The notes: generated by a model not told the origin, from the letters alone. Positions 34,946-48,825 are shown, numbered from the stretch's first letter. The stretch: DNA of 64,000 bases from an uncultured Gemmatimonadaceae bacterium (GCA_964571795.1 CAZNDK010000003.1:74644-138643), one strand, 5' to 3'. Made by a program: numbers and translations.

Positions 34946-36250
34946 TTGAGTCCCATGCCTTTCGCCCGCATCAACGAATTGAGCCGCCACGCCGGCCAGG
35001 CCGTCACCGTCCGCGGCTGGGTGTCCACCACCCGGTCGAGCGGCAAGATCGCCTTCGTGGTCGTCCGCGACGGATCCGGATACCTCCAGGCCGTGTTCTC
35101 CAAGCGGGAGGTGTCCGACGAGACGTGGGCGCGGCTCGCGGCGCTCACCCAGGAGACCTCCGTGGCGGTCACCGGCGAGGTGCGGGCCGACGCCCGTGCA
35201 GCGGGCGGGTATGAGCTGACGGCCAGCGCACTCGAGATTCTCGGGGCCAGCCCGGATTTTCCGATCACCCCGAAGGAGCACGGCAGCACCTTCCTCTTCG
35301 AGCATCGGCACCTCTGGCTCCGGAGCCGGCGCCAGGTGGCCATCGCACGGGTGCGGAACGAGGTGGAGCAGGCCATCCGCGACTTCTTCTACGAGCGCGA
35401 CTTCGTGCTCGTGGACACGCCGATTCTGACCGGCTCGATCGGCGAAGAAGCCGGCAACCTGTTCAGCACCGATTATTTCGATCTCGGCAAGGCCTATCTC
35501 GCGCAGACGGGACAGCTGTACGTCGAGGCGGCGGCCGCGGCCCTCGGCAAGGTGTACTGCTTCGGGCCGACCTTCCGGGCCGAGAAGTCGAAGACGCGCC
35601 GCCACCTCACCGAATTCTGGATGGTGGAGCCCGAGGTGGCCTGGAACGACTCAGACGCCAACATGCGCCTGCAGGAAGACTTCGTCACCTACATCGTGGC
35701 GCGGGTGCTGGACCGTCGGCAGGAGGACCTGAAGGAACTGGAGCGCGACGTGACTCCGCTCCAGCGGGTCGTTGGCCCATTTCCGCGCATCACCTACACT
35801 GACGCGGTGGCGAAGCTGCAGGGGCTCGGCTCGGACATCGAGTGGGGAAAGGACCTGGGGGGAGACGACGAGACCCTGCTGGCCCAGCAATACGACCGCC
35901 CGGTGTTTGTGTGCAACTACCCGAAGGCGATCAAGGCGTTCTACATGAAGGAAAACCCCGACGATCCGCGGACCATCCTGGGCAACGACTGCCTGGCGCC
36001 CGAGGGCTACGGCGAGATCATCGGCGGATCACAGCGCGAGGACGACCACGACAAGCTGCTCGCCCGCATCGTGGAACAGGGGCTCGATCCCGAGGCGTAC
36101 CGCTGGTACCTCGACCTCAGGAAGTACGGGACGTTCGTCCACAGCGGGTTTGGCCTGGGCCTCGAGCGCACCGTGGCCTGGATTTGCGGCAACCCGCACA
36201 TCCGCGAATCGATCGCGTTCCCGCGGCAAATCCATCGATTGTACCCCTAA
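34946..36250 (+). CDS. asnS: Asparagine--tRNA ligase
   Basis: Class IIb aaRS with an OB fold ([24 protein letters not shown]), motif 2 ([22 protein letters not shown]) and motif 3 ([10 protein letters not shown]). AsnRS-type length of 434 aa. Confidence 0.9.
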   Translation: MSPMPFARINELSRHAGQAVTVRGWVSTTRSSGKIAFVVVRDGSGYLQAVFSKREVSDETWARLAALTQETSVAVTGEVRADARAAGGYELTASALEILGASPDFPITPKEHGSTFLFEHRHLWLRSRRQVAIARVRNEVEQAIRDFFYERDFVLVDTPILTGSIGEEAGNLFSTDYFDLGKAYLAQTGQLYVEAAAAALGKVYCFGPTFRAEKSKTRRHLTEFWMVEPEVAWNDSDANMRLQEDFVTYIVARVLDRRQEDLKELERDVTPLQRVVGPFPRITYTDAVAKLQGLGSDIEWGKDLGGDDETLLAQQYDRPVFVCNYPKAIKAFYMKENPDDPRTILGNDCLAPEGYGEIIGGSQREDDHDKLLARIVEQGLDPEAYRWYLDLRKYGTFVHSGFGLGLERTVAWICGNPHIRESIAFPRQIHRLYP

Positions 36251-36253
36251 CGC

Positions 36254-36277
36254 CCTCAGTCCTCAGTCCTCAGTCCT
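36254..36277. repeat. Tandem heptamer (CCTCAGT) x3.4
   Basis: cctcagt cctcagt cctcagt cct lies directly after the asnS stop. On the minus strand it encodes the last residues (GLRTED*) and the stop of mazG. Confidence 0.8.
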
Positions 36278-37065
36278 TTCACCTCGTCCCATAACGCGTC
36301 GAGCTTCGCCAACCCTGCCGAGTGCAGGTCGATCCCGCGCTCGGCAGCGAGCCGTTCGACCGCGCGGAAGCGGTCGGTGAACTTCCGGTTGGCCCGGTCC
36401 AGGGCGATCCCCGGGGCCACTCCCGCCTTCCGCGCCAGGTTCACCACCGCGAACAACAGGTCGCCGAGCTCGTCGATCAGTTCGTCCGGAGCGTAAGCTG
36501 GCGGCCGGTGCTCCGTGTACGGCCCCGCGGCCCCGCCGCCCCGCTGTCCCGGCTCCGGCAGGTGCTCCTCCACCTCGCGCAGTTCCTCCCGCACCTTGTC
36601 CAGCGGCCCGTGGACGTCGTCCCAGTCGAATCCGACCGACGCCGCCCGCTCCTGCAGGCGGAAGGCGCGCAGCAGGGGGGGCAGGGTGGGTGGCAGTCCC
36701 TCAAGTGTGCCCCGGGGGCGCTCCCGGCGCTTGAGCTGCTCCCATGGCATGGCCGGTCCGAGGTCGAAGAGATGGGGATGACGGCGCTTCATCTTGGCCA
36801 CCAGGTCATCCGCCACCTGTTCGGCGGTGAATTCTCCCAGTTCCTCGGCCAGCACCAATTGCCAGGCCAGATGGAGGAGAAAGTCGCCCATCTCGTCGCG
36901 CAGCAGGTCGGCGTTTCCAGACGTCAGGGCCTGGTCGACTTCCAGCACCTCCTCGACCAGGTAGGGGCGGAGCGTTTCCCGGGTCTGGGCCCGATCCCAG
37001 GGGCAGCGTGACCGCAGGTCTCTCACCATCTCCATCGCGCGTCCAAGCGCTGAATTCTCTTGCAT
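36256..37065 (-). CDS. mazG: Nucleoside triphosphate pyrophosphohydrolase MazG
   Basis: Tandem MazG domains (CPWDRAQTRETLRPYLVEEVLEV..EMGDFLLHLAW; EELREVEE..ELGDLLFAVVNLAR). This is the only minus-strand gene in the window. Confidence 0.9.
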   Translation of the reverse strand: MQENSALGRAMEMVRDLRSRCPWDRAQTRETLRPYLVEEVLEVDQALTSGNADLLRDEMGDFLLHLAWQLVLAEELGEFTAEQVADDLVAKMKRRHPHLFDLGPAMPWEQLKRRERPRGTLEGLPPTLPPLLRAFRLQERAASVGFDWDDVHGPLDKVREELREVEEHLPEPGQRGGGAAGPYTEHRPPAYAPDELIDELGDLLFAVVNLARKAGVAPGIALDRANRKFTDRFRAVERLAAERGIDLHSAGLAKLDALWDEVKGLRTED

Positions 37066-37100
37066 TTATCCTCCGTGAACGGTATCATACCCGCCGTCTC

Positions 37101-38189
37101 GTGAGCGCGTCAAACCCGATCCCGACGGCCCGTGCCTGGGCCGATGTCGACCTTGGCGCCCTCGTCGCCAACGCCAGGACCGTGCTCTCGGTCTCCGGCT
37201 CCCGTCTCCTTCCCATGGTCAAAGCCAACGCCTACGGCCTCGGTGCCGTTCCGGTGGCGCGCGCACTCGAATCGGTGGACCCCTGGGGCTTCGGGGTCGC
37301 GACGCTCGCGGAAGGCGTGGAGCTCCGCAGGGCAGGGATCCGCCGCCCGATCATGGTGTTCAGCCCCCTTTCAAGCGACGGATTTGAAGTCTGCCTTCGA
37401 GAGGATTTCCGGCCGGTCTTCGGGGACCTCGAAGGGCTGAGGCGATGGATAGCCCTCGGCGACCGACCGTTCCACGTCGAAATCGACACTGGGATGGCGC
37501 GCCTGGGGTTTCGCTGGAGCAACGCGGCTGAGCTGAGCGAGGCGGGGCGGCTGCTCGGCTCGGCAACGGGATGGGAAGGGGCGTTTACCCATTTCCACTC
37601 CTCGGACTTCGACGCCCACGCCGTGCAGCAGCAATGGGAACGGCTCAATGGAGCCGTTGCTGGCTTTCCCCGGCGCCCGGCGATGGTGCATGCCGCGAAC
37701 AGCGCGGCCGCGCTCCGCGGCAAGGCCTTCGCGGGGGACCTCGTCCGGCCCGGCATCTTCCTGTACGGGGGTGTGGCGGGTGTGGACGTGCCGGGCCCGC
37801 GGACCGTGGTCCGCTTCCGGGCGCCGGTCGTGGCGCGGCGGCGGCTGGCGGCGGGCGACTCCGTGAGCTACGGCGCCAGCTGGCGTGCCCCGAAGGACAC
37901 CATGATCGTCACCGTGGCGGCGGGGTACGCCGATGGCATTCCCCGTGCGCTCAGTGGCGCCGGCGCGGTGGAGCTCGGGGGCCGCGTGTACCCCATGGTC
38001 GGCCGGGTAACAATGGACTTCGTCATGGTGGACGTCGGCGACGCGGAGGTGCCGCTGGGCGCCGTAGCCACGCTCTACGGCGGGGCGGTGACTCTCGAGG
38101 CACAGGCCGCCGCCGGCCGCACCGTCAACTATGAAATCCTGACTGGAATCGGCGCGCGGGTGGCGCGCCGGTATGGGGAGGCTCCGTGA
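37101..38189 (+). CDS. alr: Alanine racemase
   Basis: PLP-lysine motif LPMVKANAYGLG, then GFGVATLAEGVELR and YGGV. GTG 37101 was chosen because the longer ORF from 37008 would overlap the 5' end of mazG. Confidence 0.88.
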   Translation: MSASNPIPTARAWADVDLGALVANARTVLSVSGSRLLPMVKANAYGLGAVPVARALESVDPWGFGVATLAEGVELRRAGIRRPIMVFSPLSSDGFEVCLREDFRPVFGDLEGLRRWIALGDRPFHVEIDTGMARLGFRWSNAAELSEAGRLLGSATGWEGAFTHFHSSDFDAHAVQQQWERLNGAVAGFPRRPAMVHAANSAAALRGKAFAGDLVRPGIFLYGGVAGVDVPGPRTVVRFRAPVVARRRLAAGDSVSYGASWRAPKDTMIVTVAAGYADGIPRALSGAGAVELGGRVYPMVGRVTMDFVMVDVGDAEVPLGAVATLYGGAVTLEAQAAAGRTVNYEILTGIGARVARRYGEAP

Positions 38190-38443
38190 ACCAGCATTTC
38201 ATGTCGCTCATCCTGGGCCTCGCCCAGCAGGCCGAGGGCGCGCTCGCCGGCAAGCTCCCGCCGGGCGCCGAAGGACTGAGCGCGGCCGACGCGCGCCAGG
38301 TGAGCCAGGCCCTGATCGACACCCTCGGCATGCTGCAGCAGAAGACCGCGGGGCACCTGGAGCCCGACGAGCAGAAGCTGCTCGACGAGGTCCTGACGAT
38401 GCTGCGGTTCCGCTTTGTCCAGACCGGGGCGCCGCCACGGTGA
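38186..38443 (+). CDS. DUF1844-like small protein
   Basis: 85 aa. The pattern FMSLILGLAQQAEGALG..QALIDTLGMLQQKTAGHLEPDEQKLLDEVLTMLRFRFV matches my recollection of DUF1844. GTGA overlaps at both ends. Confidence 0.55.
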   Translation: MNQHFMSLILGLAQQAEGALAGKLPPGAEGLSAADARQVSQALIDTLGMLQQKTAGHLEPDEQKLLDEVLTMLRFRFVQTGAPPR

Positions 38444-39609
38444 CCCGGCGCGCGGCCATCATCGTGCTCGACGGGCTCGGGATTGGCCCGGCTCATGACA
38501 CGGAGGCCTACGGCGATGCGGGCAGTGACACCCTCGGCAACACGCTGCGGGCGGTCGGCGGGCGCAGGCTCCCGGAACTCGAGGCGCTCGGACTCGGGCG
38601 TTGCGCGCCGCTCACCGGCGTCGCCGCGGTCCAGTCGCCCAGGGCCGCGTGGGGCACCTGTCAGCCCGCCGGCGCGGGCAAGGACTCCACGACGGGCCAC
38701 TGGGAGTTGTGCGGCCTCACGCTGGCCCGGGCCTTCCCGACGTACCCACGCGGGTTCCCGGACGAGGTCATCGCGGAGTTCTCCCGGCGCACGGGGCGGG
38801 GCGTGCTTGGCAACAAGGCGGCCTCGGGCACGGCCATCCTCGACGAGCTGGGCGCCGAGCACGTCCGCACCGGGAGCTGGATCGTGTACACCTCGGCGGA
38901 CAGCGTCTTCCAGGTGGCGGCGCACGAGGGCGTCGTGCCGCTGGAAGAGCTCTACGGCGCCTGTCGGGAGGCCCGGGCCCTGCTGCAGCCGCCGCACGCG
39001 GTGTCACGGGTCATCGCGCGGCCGTTCGTCGGTGAGCAGGGCGCCTGGAAGCGGACCTCGCATCGCAAGGACATCAGCCTGCCGCCGCCCGGCCCGACGT
39101 TGCTGGACCGCCTGGCGGACGCCCATGTGCCGCGCATCGGGGTGGGGAAAGTGGACGATCTCTTCGCCGGCCGGAACATCGCGAGCATCCACGCCGCGAC
39201 CAACGCCGAGGGCTACCACCTGATCGGCTCCGCCCTCGCCAGCATGCAGCGGGGGCTGCTGCTCGCGAACATCCTCGAGTTCGACCAGACCTGGGGACAC
39301 CGGAATGACGTGCCGGGGTTCGCCGCCGGCCTCGAGGAGCTGGACCGGGCCGTGCCGCGGCTCCTGGCGCAGGTTCGCGAGCAGGACCTCGTTATCTTTA
39401 CCGCGGATCACGGGAACGACCCGACGACCCCCTCCACGGACCACTCCCGGGAGCGGGTGCCGCTGTTGGTGTACGGGCCGCAAGTCCGGCCGGTGCCGCT
39501 CGGGGAGCGGACCACCTTCGCCGACATCGGGCAGACCGTGGCGGAATTCCTCGGCGTGTCCCCGCTGGACTCGGGTCGCTCCTTCCTGGGAGACATCTGG
39601 CATGGCTGA
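38440..39609 (+). CDS. deoB: Phosphopentomutase
   Basis: IIVLDGLGIG..GDAGSDTLGN, KDSTTGHWE, SADSVFQVAAHE, TADHGNDPT. Confidence 0.9.
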   Translation: MTRRAAIIVLDGLGIGPAHDTEAYGDAGSDTLGNTLRAVGGRRLPELEALGLGRCAPLTGVAAVQSPRAAWGTCQPAGAGKDSTTGHWELCGLTLARAFPTYPRGFPDEVIAEFSRRTGRGVLGNKAASGTAILDELGAEHVRTGSWIVYTSADSVFQVAAHEGVVPLEELYGACREARALLQPPHAVSRVIARPFVGEQGAWKRTSHRKDISLPPPGPTLLDRLADAHVPRIGVGKVDDLFAGRNIASIHAATNAEGYHLIGSALASMQRGLLLANILEFDQTWGHRNDVPGFAAGLEELDRAVPRLLAQVREQDLVIFTADHGNDPTTPSTDHSRERVPLLVYGPQVRPVPLGERTTFADIGQTVAEFLGVSPLDSGRSFLGDIWHG

Positions 39610-39994
39610 CGCCCTGGTCGCGGCGGCGAGGGCGGCCCAGCAGCGCGCCTACGCGCCATATTCGCACTTCCGGGTCGGTGCGGCGCTGGAGGCCGCAGAC
39701 GGCACCGTATTCAGCGGTTGCAACGTCGAGAACGCCTCGTACGGGCTCACCATCTGCGCCGAACGCACCGCCCTGGTGTCCGCGGTGGCCGCCGGCGCTC
39801 GCGGGTTCCGCCGGATCGTGGTCGTGAGCGACAGCGACCCCCCGGCGTCGCCCTGCGGGGCCTGCCGGCAAATGCTCGCCGAGTTCGGGCTCGACTTGCG
39901 CGTGCTGGCGGTGGGGCCCGCGCGCGAACAGTCCTGGACGCTCGCGGAACTGCTGCCGGACGCCTTCACGCCGCATCGGCTCGGCGCCTCTTGA
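39602..39994 (+). CDS. cdd: Cytidine deaminase
   Basis: Zinc-binding motifs CAERTAL and PCGACRQ. 130 aa, homotetrameric-type size. Confidence 0.9.
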   Translation: MADALVAAARAAQQRAYAPYSHFRVGAALEAADGTVFSGCNVENASYGLTICAERTALVSAVAAGARGFRRIVVVSDSDPPASPCGACRQMLAEFGLDLRVLAVGPAREQSWTLAELLPDAFTPHRLGAS

Positions 39995-40016
39995 TTCACC
40001 TTCTTCGCGGGTCGGC

Positions 40017-41222
40017 ATGGTGCGATTGACCAAGGGAATGTGGGGCCTCGCCCTCCTGCTCGGCCTGGCGGCCTGCACGGAGGACCTGACGACCCCGGGC
40101 ACCTGCCCGCAAACCTGTCCCGGCGGCGTGGTCGAGGTGAAGGACACGGTGCTCGACGCCGTGTTCGACCTGGACAGCTCGTATGCGGGGTACGTCTATC
40201 CGGGGGAGGGGTCCGGCCTGCTGGTCTCGACGGCGGGGCCCACCGACCAGTACCTGACGACGATCCGGTTCGGCAGGCGCCCCGATTCCATCCGGGTCGG
40301 CGACAGCACCTACGCCTACACGATCGACAGCGTCGCCATCAGTATCGGGGTACTGGCCCGGGATCCGGCTGCCTTGGGCATCGTCCTCCAGATGCATCGC
40401 GCACCGGCCACGGTGGACAGTGGGGTGACGTACGCGGACGTGGCCAGCTACCTCACCCCGGCCACCCTGTTGGACACCCTCATCGTGCCGGACACGATGG
40501 AGAACGGCAACCTCCGGGCCGTCTTCTCGGGAGCGGACCTCCTCAAGGTGGACATCCCGCCCGCCGACAGTGGGGTCCTGGCCATCGCGCTCGGGATGAC
40601 CGCCACCACGAATACGGGCGTGGAGCTCGGCAGCACCACGGCCGCGCAGTTCCTGCCCTCGATCACCACCTACATCACCGTCGCCACGCTCGACTCGACC
40701 AAGCAGCCATCGCCGATCCAGCGCGCGCCGACCTTTGCCACCTACGTCGAGCAGAATCCCCCGGTGATGGCGCCGGACCAGCTCCTGCTCGGCGGCGCGC
40801 CGTCGTCGCGGATCATCGTGCGGTTCAGCGTGCCGTCGTCCGCGCTGTTCGGCGTGGAGATCCTCCGTGCCGAGTTGGTCATGACGCCGGTGGCGCCGAT
40901 CGAGGGGGTGCCCGGAATTCCCAGCACCATCACGGCCCGCGGCGTGCTGAGCGACCAGGGGGCCAAGTCGCCGCTCGTGCCGCTGCTGTCGACCACCACC
41001 TCCCTCACGGCCGGGTCGGCGGACAGTGTCACGCTCGAGGTGATCAACCTCGTGAAGACGTGGCAGCTGCCCGAGAATCCCCCGGCGCAGGCGTTCTTCC
41101 TCTCGCTCCAGCCCGAGGCGTCGTCCTTCACGCGCCCGGTGTTCGCGTCGACCCGCAGCGCGTCCGGTGCCCCGCGCCTTCGCATCACCTACGTGAAGCC
41201 GCTCGACTTCGAGGACCCCTGA
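40017..41222 (+). CDS. Lipoprotein of unknown function
   Basis: Lipobox LLLGLAAC at the N-terminus. The body is Thr/Ser/Val-rich and likely all-beta. The C-terminus (SGAPRLRITY) is reminiscent of DUF4270/DNRLRE-type carbohydrate-associated lipoproteins, but this is only a weak recollection. Confidence 0.55.
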   Translation: MVRLTKGMWGLALLLGLAACTEDLTTPGTCPQTCPGGVVEVKDTVLDAVFDLDSSYAGYVYPGEGSGLLVSTAGPTDQYLTTIRFGRRPDSIRVGDSTYAYTIDSVAISIGVLARDPAALGIVLQMHRAPATVDSGVTYADVASYLTPATLLDTLIVPDTMENGNLRAVFSGADLLKVDIPPADSGVLAIALGMTATTNTGVELGSTTAAQFLPSITTYITVATLDSTKQPSPIQRAPTFATYVEQNPPVMAPDQLLLGGAPSSRIIVRFSVPSSALFGVEILRAELVMTPVAPIEGVPGIPSTITARGVLSDQGAKSPLVPLLSTTTSLTAGSADSVTLEVINLVKTWQLPENPPAQAFFLSLQPEASSFTRPVFASTRSASGAPRLRITYVKPLDFEDP

Positions 41223-42365
41223 GTGCGACGCCTCATCCTCGTTCCGTTTCTCCTGTGCGCCGTCCCGACCGGCGCGGTGGCGCAGTCGTCGATCTTCGGC
41301 GTGCGCGGGCTCGGCATTCCGCAGGCGCCGATCTCCGTTCGGGCCACGGGCATGGGCGGCAGCGTGTCCCTGGTGGACGGGCTGTCGAGCACCAACCCCG
41401 CGGCCATCACGTCCGTCGTTGGGCTCACCGCCGGGTTCAATTTCTTCCAGGACTGGCGGTCGAGCACCACCCCCGCCGGCGAGGGTTCGGCCTCGGACGA
41501 CGGCTTCCCGCTGGTCACCGTGGTCAACCGGTACAAGGATTCGCCGGTCTACTTTTCGGGCAGCTTCGGCACCTACACGGACCGGGACTTCGGCATCGTC
41601 ACGATCGACACGACCAACGTCAACGGCTTCCCGGTCGGGTACCGCGACTCGCTGGAGTCGAAGGGCGGCACCTCGGATTTCCGGCTGGCCATTGGCTACC
41701 GGAGAGGGCGCACGCTGTCGCTCGGGTTCGGCTTTCACTTCATCACCGGCTCCAACCGGATCACACTGCACCGGACCTTCAGCGACACCGTGCTCGCCAA
41801 CGTCAACCAGCGCGCGGAACTCGCCTACAACGCCATCGGCCTGAGCCTGGGCGGGGTGTACCACCCCACCGAAAAGCTGCTGATCGCCGCCGTCATCCGG
41901 CACGACGGCGAAATGAACGTGGACCTGGACTCCACCCAGGCGTACACCTTCGAACTCCCGTGGTCGTTCGCCGGCAGCGCGCAATACCGGGTCGGGCAGA
42001 AGGCGATCGTGAACGCCGAGGTCGAGTATTCCACCTGGTCGGACGCCAGCACGGAGATCCAGGAGGTCGGCGGCGTGGGGGCGGATAACGCGCTGCGCGC
42101 CGCGATCGGCGCCGAGATCACGACCAACGTCGCCTCGCCGGGGAAGTTTCCGGTCCGGGTCGGGGTGCGGACCGCCCAGCTGCCCTTTCCGCTCGCCCCG
42201 GGCCAGCAGCCATCGGAGTTCGGCGTGTCGGGCGGCACCGGCATACGGTTCGCCAAGGGCCACGCCGCGCTCGACCTGGCGCTCGAGCGCGTCTGGCGGA
42301 AGGCCGACGGCGGGTATTCCGAGGATGCCTGGATCTTCTCCTTCGGCCTCGTCCTGAAGCCCTGA
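41223..42365 (+). CDS. Outer-membrane beta-barrel protein of unknown function
   Basis: Signal peptide (LILVPFLLCAVPTGAVAQS), a VRATGMGGS motif near the N-terminus, and alternating amphipathic beta-strand patterns throughout (DFRLAIGYRRG, LSLGFGFHFITG, AWIFSFGLVL). The GTG immediately follows the lipoprotein stop. Confidence 0.6.
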   Translation: MRRLILVPFLLCAVPTGAVAQSSIFGVRGLGIPQAPISVRATGMGGSVSLVDGLSSTNPAAITSVVGLTAGFNFFQDWRSSTTPAGEGSASDDGFPLVTVVNRYKDSPVYFSGSFGTYTDRDFGIVTIDTTNVNGFPVGYRDSLESKGGTSDFRLAIGYRRGRTLSLGFGFHFITGSNRITLHRTFSDTVLANVNQRAELAYNAIGLSLGGVYHPTEKLLIAAVIRHDGEMNVDLDSTQAYTFELPWSFAGSAQYRVGQKAIVNAEVEYSTWSDASTEIQEVGGVGADNALRAAIGAEITTNVASPGKFPVRVGVRTAQLPFPLAPGQQPSEFGVSGGTGIRFAKGHAALDLALERVWRKADGGYSEDAWIFSFGLVLKP

Positions 42366-42366
42366 C

Positions 42367-43691
<1,325 letters not shown>

Positions 43692-43695
<4 letters not shown>

Positions 43696-43976
43696 TTCAC
43701 AACCTCGTCGAAGAGCATGTGGTGCAGGCCTACGACCAGCTCCGGGGTCATTTCCCCGATTTCTGCGGCTGCGAGGTGTGCCGGAGCGACGTGCTGGTGT
43801 ACGCGCTCAACCGGTTGCCGGCCCGGTATGTCGCCTCCATCGAGGGCACGGTGGTCACCGAGCTGAACCTCGACAAGGACCAGACCCGCGTGACGATTGA
43901 GATCAACGTCATGGAGGGATTCCGCAAGGTGACCCGCGCGCCGCGCTGCGGCAGGGCCGTTCCGCCGCCCGCATGA
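43692..43976 (+). CDS. ComFB family protein
   Basis: 94 aa. It has the N-terminal pattern NLVEEHV..YD and a Cys cluster, CGCEVCRSDVLVYALNRLPARY, that is typical of late competence development protein ComFB. ATGA overlap with miaB. Confidence 0.7.
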
Positions 43977-43989
43977 GCGCCGAGGGGCC

Positions 43990-46248
43990 GTGAAGGCCCC
44001 CACCTCCGCCTGCATTGCCACAGCCTACGGGGCCGGTCTCGCGACCGGCCTCGCGCATTTTCCGGCCCTGACGTGCGTGATCCTGATGGGCATCCCGTTC
44101 TGCCTCCGGCGGGGAGCACGCTGGCGCCTCCTGGCGGGGCTCTGCATCGGGCTCGGTCTCCTCTCGGGCCGGCTGGCCAGATCCCGGGATTCGCAGAGCT
44201 GTGCCGCGCGGCTCTCGGCCGGATCGGTCCGCGTCACCCTGCGCGCGCGCGAGCCGGTGGATTCTGGTGGCTCGCGCACCGAGGCGGCCGTCGTCGGCCT
44301 GCCTTGCCATGGCCCGGTCGCGGTCCGCTGGCCCAGGACCCTCGCGGCCCCGGCGGGTGCCGAGTTCGATGTCGCGGGCCGCTGGCGGCCGCGGCCGGCA
44401 CGATTCGACCGCCCGGGAGGCATCCTGGTGGTGTCGGAGGCAGCGGCACGGCCGCTCGCCCAGCGCCCGGCCGAACGGCTCCGCAGCGCGCTGCACCACA
44501 CCGCGCTGCAACTCTACGGCCGCCGGGCGCCGCTGGTCGATGCGCTGATCCTCGGCCGGCGGGGCGACCTCGACCCGATGATGCTCGATGACTTCGCGGG
44601 ATCGGGGCTGGTGCACCTGCTTTCGATCAGCGGGTTCCACCTCGGGTTGCTGGCGGGCTGGGTGTATGCGCTCCTCAGGCTCGCCGGCTCCGCCCGCGGG
44701 CATGCGAGCCTGGCCGCGGCGGGCTTCGCGATCGGGTACACCCTCTTTCTCGGCTGGCCCGCCCCGGCCGCCCGGGCCGCCGCGCTCACCCTCCTCGTCG
44801 CCGTGCAACAGATCCGGCAGCGGATGCCGCAGGGCACCGCCTTGCTCGGCACCACGGCGCTTGCCGTCCTCCTCGTGGATCCCTGGGCGGTCCTCGATCT
44901 CGGCGGCTGGCTCTCGGTGACGGCACTCTGGGGCGCCATGACCTTCTCATCGTGGAGTGACCGGAGGCTTGGGCGAGGCGCGGTGGCCCGGATGCTCTCC
45001 GGCTCCACCGGCGCCACGCTCGCCACCGCGCCGCTCACGGCCGCCGCGCTCGGCACGGTCGCGCTGGCCGGGCTCGGGCTCAACCTGGTGGCTATCCCGC
45101 TCGCGGCCCTCGTGGTGCCGGCGGTCGTCGCGAGCCTGGCCGTCGGACTGGTCCTGCCTTCGTTGGCCGCGCCCCTCGCCGCCGGCGCCGGGGTCGGCCT
45201 GGGGCTGCTGCAGGAGCTCGCGAGGTGGGGCGCGGCACTCCCGGGCGGGCACCTGGTAATGGCAGCCACCCCCGCTTCGGCTGTGCCGTGGGCGGTCCTG
45301 CTGGTCGGGGCGCTCTGGAGCATACGCCGCACGACTCGGCGCGAGGCGGCGCGGCGCCTGGCGTGGATCGCGACGGCAGCCGTCTGGGCCGGATTGTTGG
45401 TTGCCGTCGCGCCTGGGCTCGGCACCCGCCCTGACGAGGGTTCCGGACTCGCGTTACATTTTCTCGATGTCGGGCAGGGGGATGCCGCGGCCATCCGGAC
45501 TCCCGGTGGCCACTGGGTCCTGGTCGATGCGGGCCCGGCATCCCCGGGGTCGGACGCGGGCCGAAGCGTGGTGGTTCCGTTCCTCCGACGGCACGGGGTG
45601 GTGCGGCTCGATGCCCTGGTCCTGTCCCACGCGCACGCTGATCACCTCGGCGGCGCCTCGTCGGTGCTCGAGCGGATTCCGGCGGGGGAAGTGATCGACC
45701 CGGCACTGCAATCCGTCGATCCGCTCTACGCCGGCTTCCTGGCCGAGCTCGACGAGCTGGACGAGCCGTGGGTGCGGGCCCGACGGGGAGACGCCTTCGT
45801 CCTCGACAGCGTGCGGTTCAGGGTCCTGCATCCGGACACCACGTGGGACGAGTGGGGCACCGACTTGAACGAGAACTCGGTCGTCCTCCTGGTCGAGTAT
45901 CGGGACTTCACCGCGGTGCTTTCGGGTGACGCCGGGCTGCCGGCCGAGGCCCACCTGGCCGGCCGGGTCGGGCGGGCGGACCTGCTCAAGGTGGGCCACC
46001 ACGGGAGCCGGGGCGCCACGGGGGAATCGTGGCTCAGGGAACTGCGGCCCGCGGCCGCGATCATCAGCGTCGGCGAAGGAAACCGGTACGGGCATCCTTC
46101 GCCCGAGGCGCTCGGACGGCTGGCGTCGGCGGCCGTCGACGTGTACCGCACCGACCGCGACGGCAGCATCGAAGTCCGGACCGACGGCACCAGCATGACC
46201 ATCCGCTCCCGCCGGGGAGCGGCCACGCGCACCGTGAGCGATCCATGA
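43990..46248 (+). CDS. comEC: DNA internalization-related competence protein ComEC/Rec2
   Basis: Polytopic competence domain ([22 protein letters not shown]) plus a C-terminal metallo-beta-lactamase domain ([13 protein letters not shown]; [13 protein letters not shown]; LKVGHHGS). Confidence 0.88.
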   Translation: MKAPTSACIATAYGAGLATGLAHFPALTCVILMGIPFCLRRGARWRLLAGLCIGLGLLSGRLARSRDSQSCAARLSAGSVRVTLRAREPVDSGGSRTEAAVVGLPCHGPVAVRWPRTLAAPAGAEFDVAGRWRPRPARFDRPGGILVVSEAAARPLAQRPAERLRSALHHTALQLYGRRAPLVDALILGRRGDLDPMMLDDFAGSGLVHLLSISGFHLGLLAGWVYALLRLAGSARGHASLAAAGFAIGYTLFLGWPAPAARAAALTLLVAVQQIRQRMPQGTALLGTTALAVLLVDPWAVLDLGGWLSVTALWGAMTFSSWSDRRLGRGAVARMLSGSTGATLATAPLTAAALGTVALAGLGLNLVAIPLAALVVPAVVASLAVGLVLPSLAAPLAAGAGVGLGLLQELARWGAALPGGHLVMAATPASAVPWAVLLVGALWSIRRTTRREAARRLAWIATAAVWAGLLVAVAPGLGTRPDEGSGLALHFLDVGQGDAAAIRTPGGHWVLVDAGPASPGSDAGRSVVVPFLRRHGVVRLDALVLSHAHADHLGGASSVLERIPAGEVIDPALQSVDPLYAGFLAELDELDEPWVRARRGDAFVLDSVRFRVLHPDTTWDEWGTDLNENSVVLLVEYRDFTAVLSGDAGLPAEAHLAGRVGRADLLKVGHHGSRGATGESWLRELRPAAAIISVGEGNRYGHPSPEALGRLASAAVDVYRTDRDGSIEVRTDGTSMTIRSRRGAATRTVSDP

Positions 46249-47258
46249 TCGGAACCACCGCCGTCACCACCATCGAGCGGTTCATCATCGACCAGGAGCA
46301 CAAGTACCCGGAGGCCACCGGGGAATTGTCCAACCTGCTCTATGACATCGCCCTCGGCGCCAAGCTGATCGCCGCCGCCACGCGGCGCGCGGGGCTGGTC
46401 AACGTGCTCGGGGCCATGGGCAGCGTCAACGTGCAGGGCGAGGAGCAGCAGAAGCTGGACGTCTTCGCCAACGAGATTCTCAAGAACGCGCTGAACCACA
46501 CCGGCCGGGTCTGCGTCATGGCGTCCGAAGAGGACGACGCGCCGATCCCCATTCCGCCCGAGTATCCTGCGGGAAAGTACGTCGTCATGTTCGACCCGCT
46601 CGACGGCTCCTCCAACATCGACTCCAACGCATCGGTCGGGACGATCTTCAGCGTGTACCGCCGGGTGTCGATGGAGGGCAGGGGGACCATGGAGGACGTC
46701 CTGCAGGCCGGCCACAGGCAGGTGGCCGCGGGGTACGTCCTCTACGGGTCGAGCACCATGCTCGTGTACACCACCGGCCAGGGAGTCCACGGCTTTACCC
46801 TCGACCCGACCATCGGCGAGTTCCTGCTGTCCCACCCCGCCATCACGACGCCCGCCGTGGGCAAGTATTACAGCGTGAACGAGTCGAACTACGCGCGGTG
46901 GAGCCGGGGAGTGCAGATGGCGGTGCGCGGCTTCCACGGCGACACGCCGGAGCGGATGACCGGCAAGAACAGCCGGTACATCGGCGCGTTCGTCGCGGAT
47001 TTCCACCGCAATCTGATCAACGGCGGGATCTTCCTCTATCCGGCCGACACCAAGAATCCGAAGGGCAAGCTTCGGCTGCTGTACGAGTGCAGCCCGCTCG
47101 CCTTCCTGGCCGAGCAGGCCGGCGGGGCCGCCACCGACGGCGTCCGCCGCATCCTCGACATCCAGCCCGAATCGCTGCACCAGCGTGTGCCGCTGGTCAT
47201 CGGCTCCAAGGCGGACGTGGAGTTTGTGACGCAGACCATCCGGGAGTTCGAGGCGTGA
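46245..47258 (+). CDS. fbp: Fructose-1,6-bisphosphatase class 1
   Basis: [53 protein letters not shown] overlap with comEC. Confidence 0.9.
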   Translation: MIGTTAVTTIERFIIDQEHKYPEATGELSNLLYDIALGAKLIAAATRRAGLVNVLGAMGSVNVQGEEQQKLDVFANEILKNALNHTGRVCVMASEEDDAPIPIPPEYPAGKYVVMFDPLDGSSNIDSNASVGTIFSVYRRVSMEGRGTMEDVLQAGHRQVAAGYVLYGSSTMLVYTTGQGVHGFTLDPTIGEFLLSHPAITTPAVGKYYSVNESNYARWSRGVQMAVRGFHGDTPERMTGKNSRYIGAFVADFHRNLINGGIFLYPADTKNPKGKLRLLYECSPLAFLAEQAGGAATDGVRRILDIQPESLHQRVPLVIGSKADVEFVTQTIREFEA

Positions 47259-47271
47259 GCGGGCGCACGCC

Positions 47272-48825
<1,554 letters not shown>

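Noticed and set aside
37008-37100. The longer alr ORF starting at 37008.
   Set aside because: It would overlap the 5' end of the divergent mazG gene (which ends at 37065). The extra residues are not alanine-racemase-like, and the conserved sequence starts near GTG 37101.
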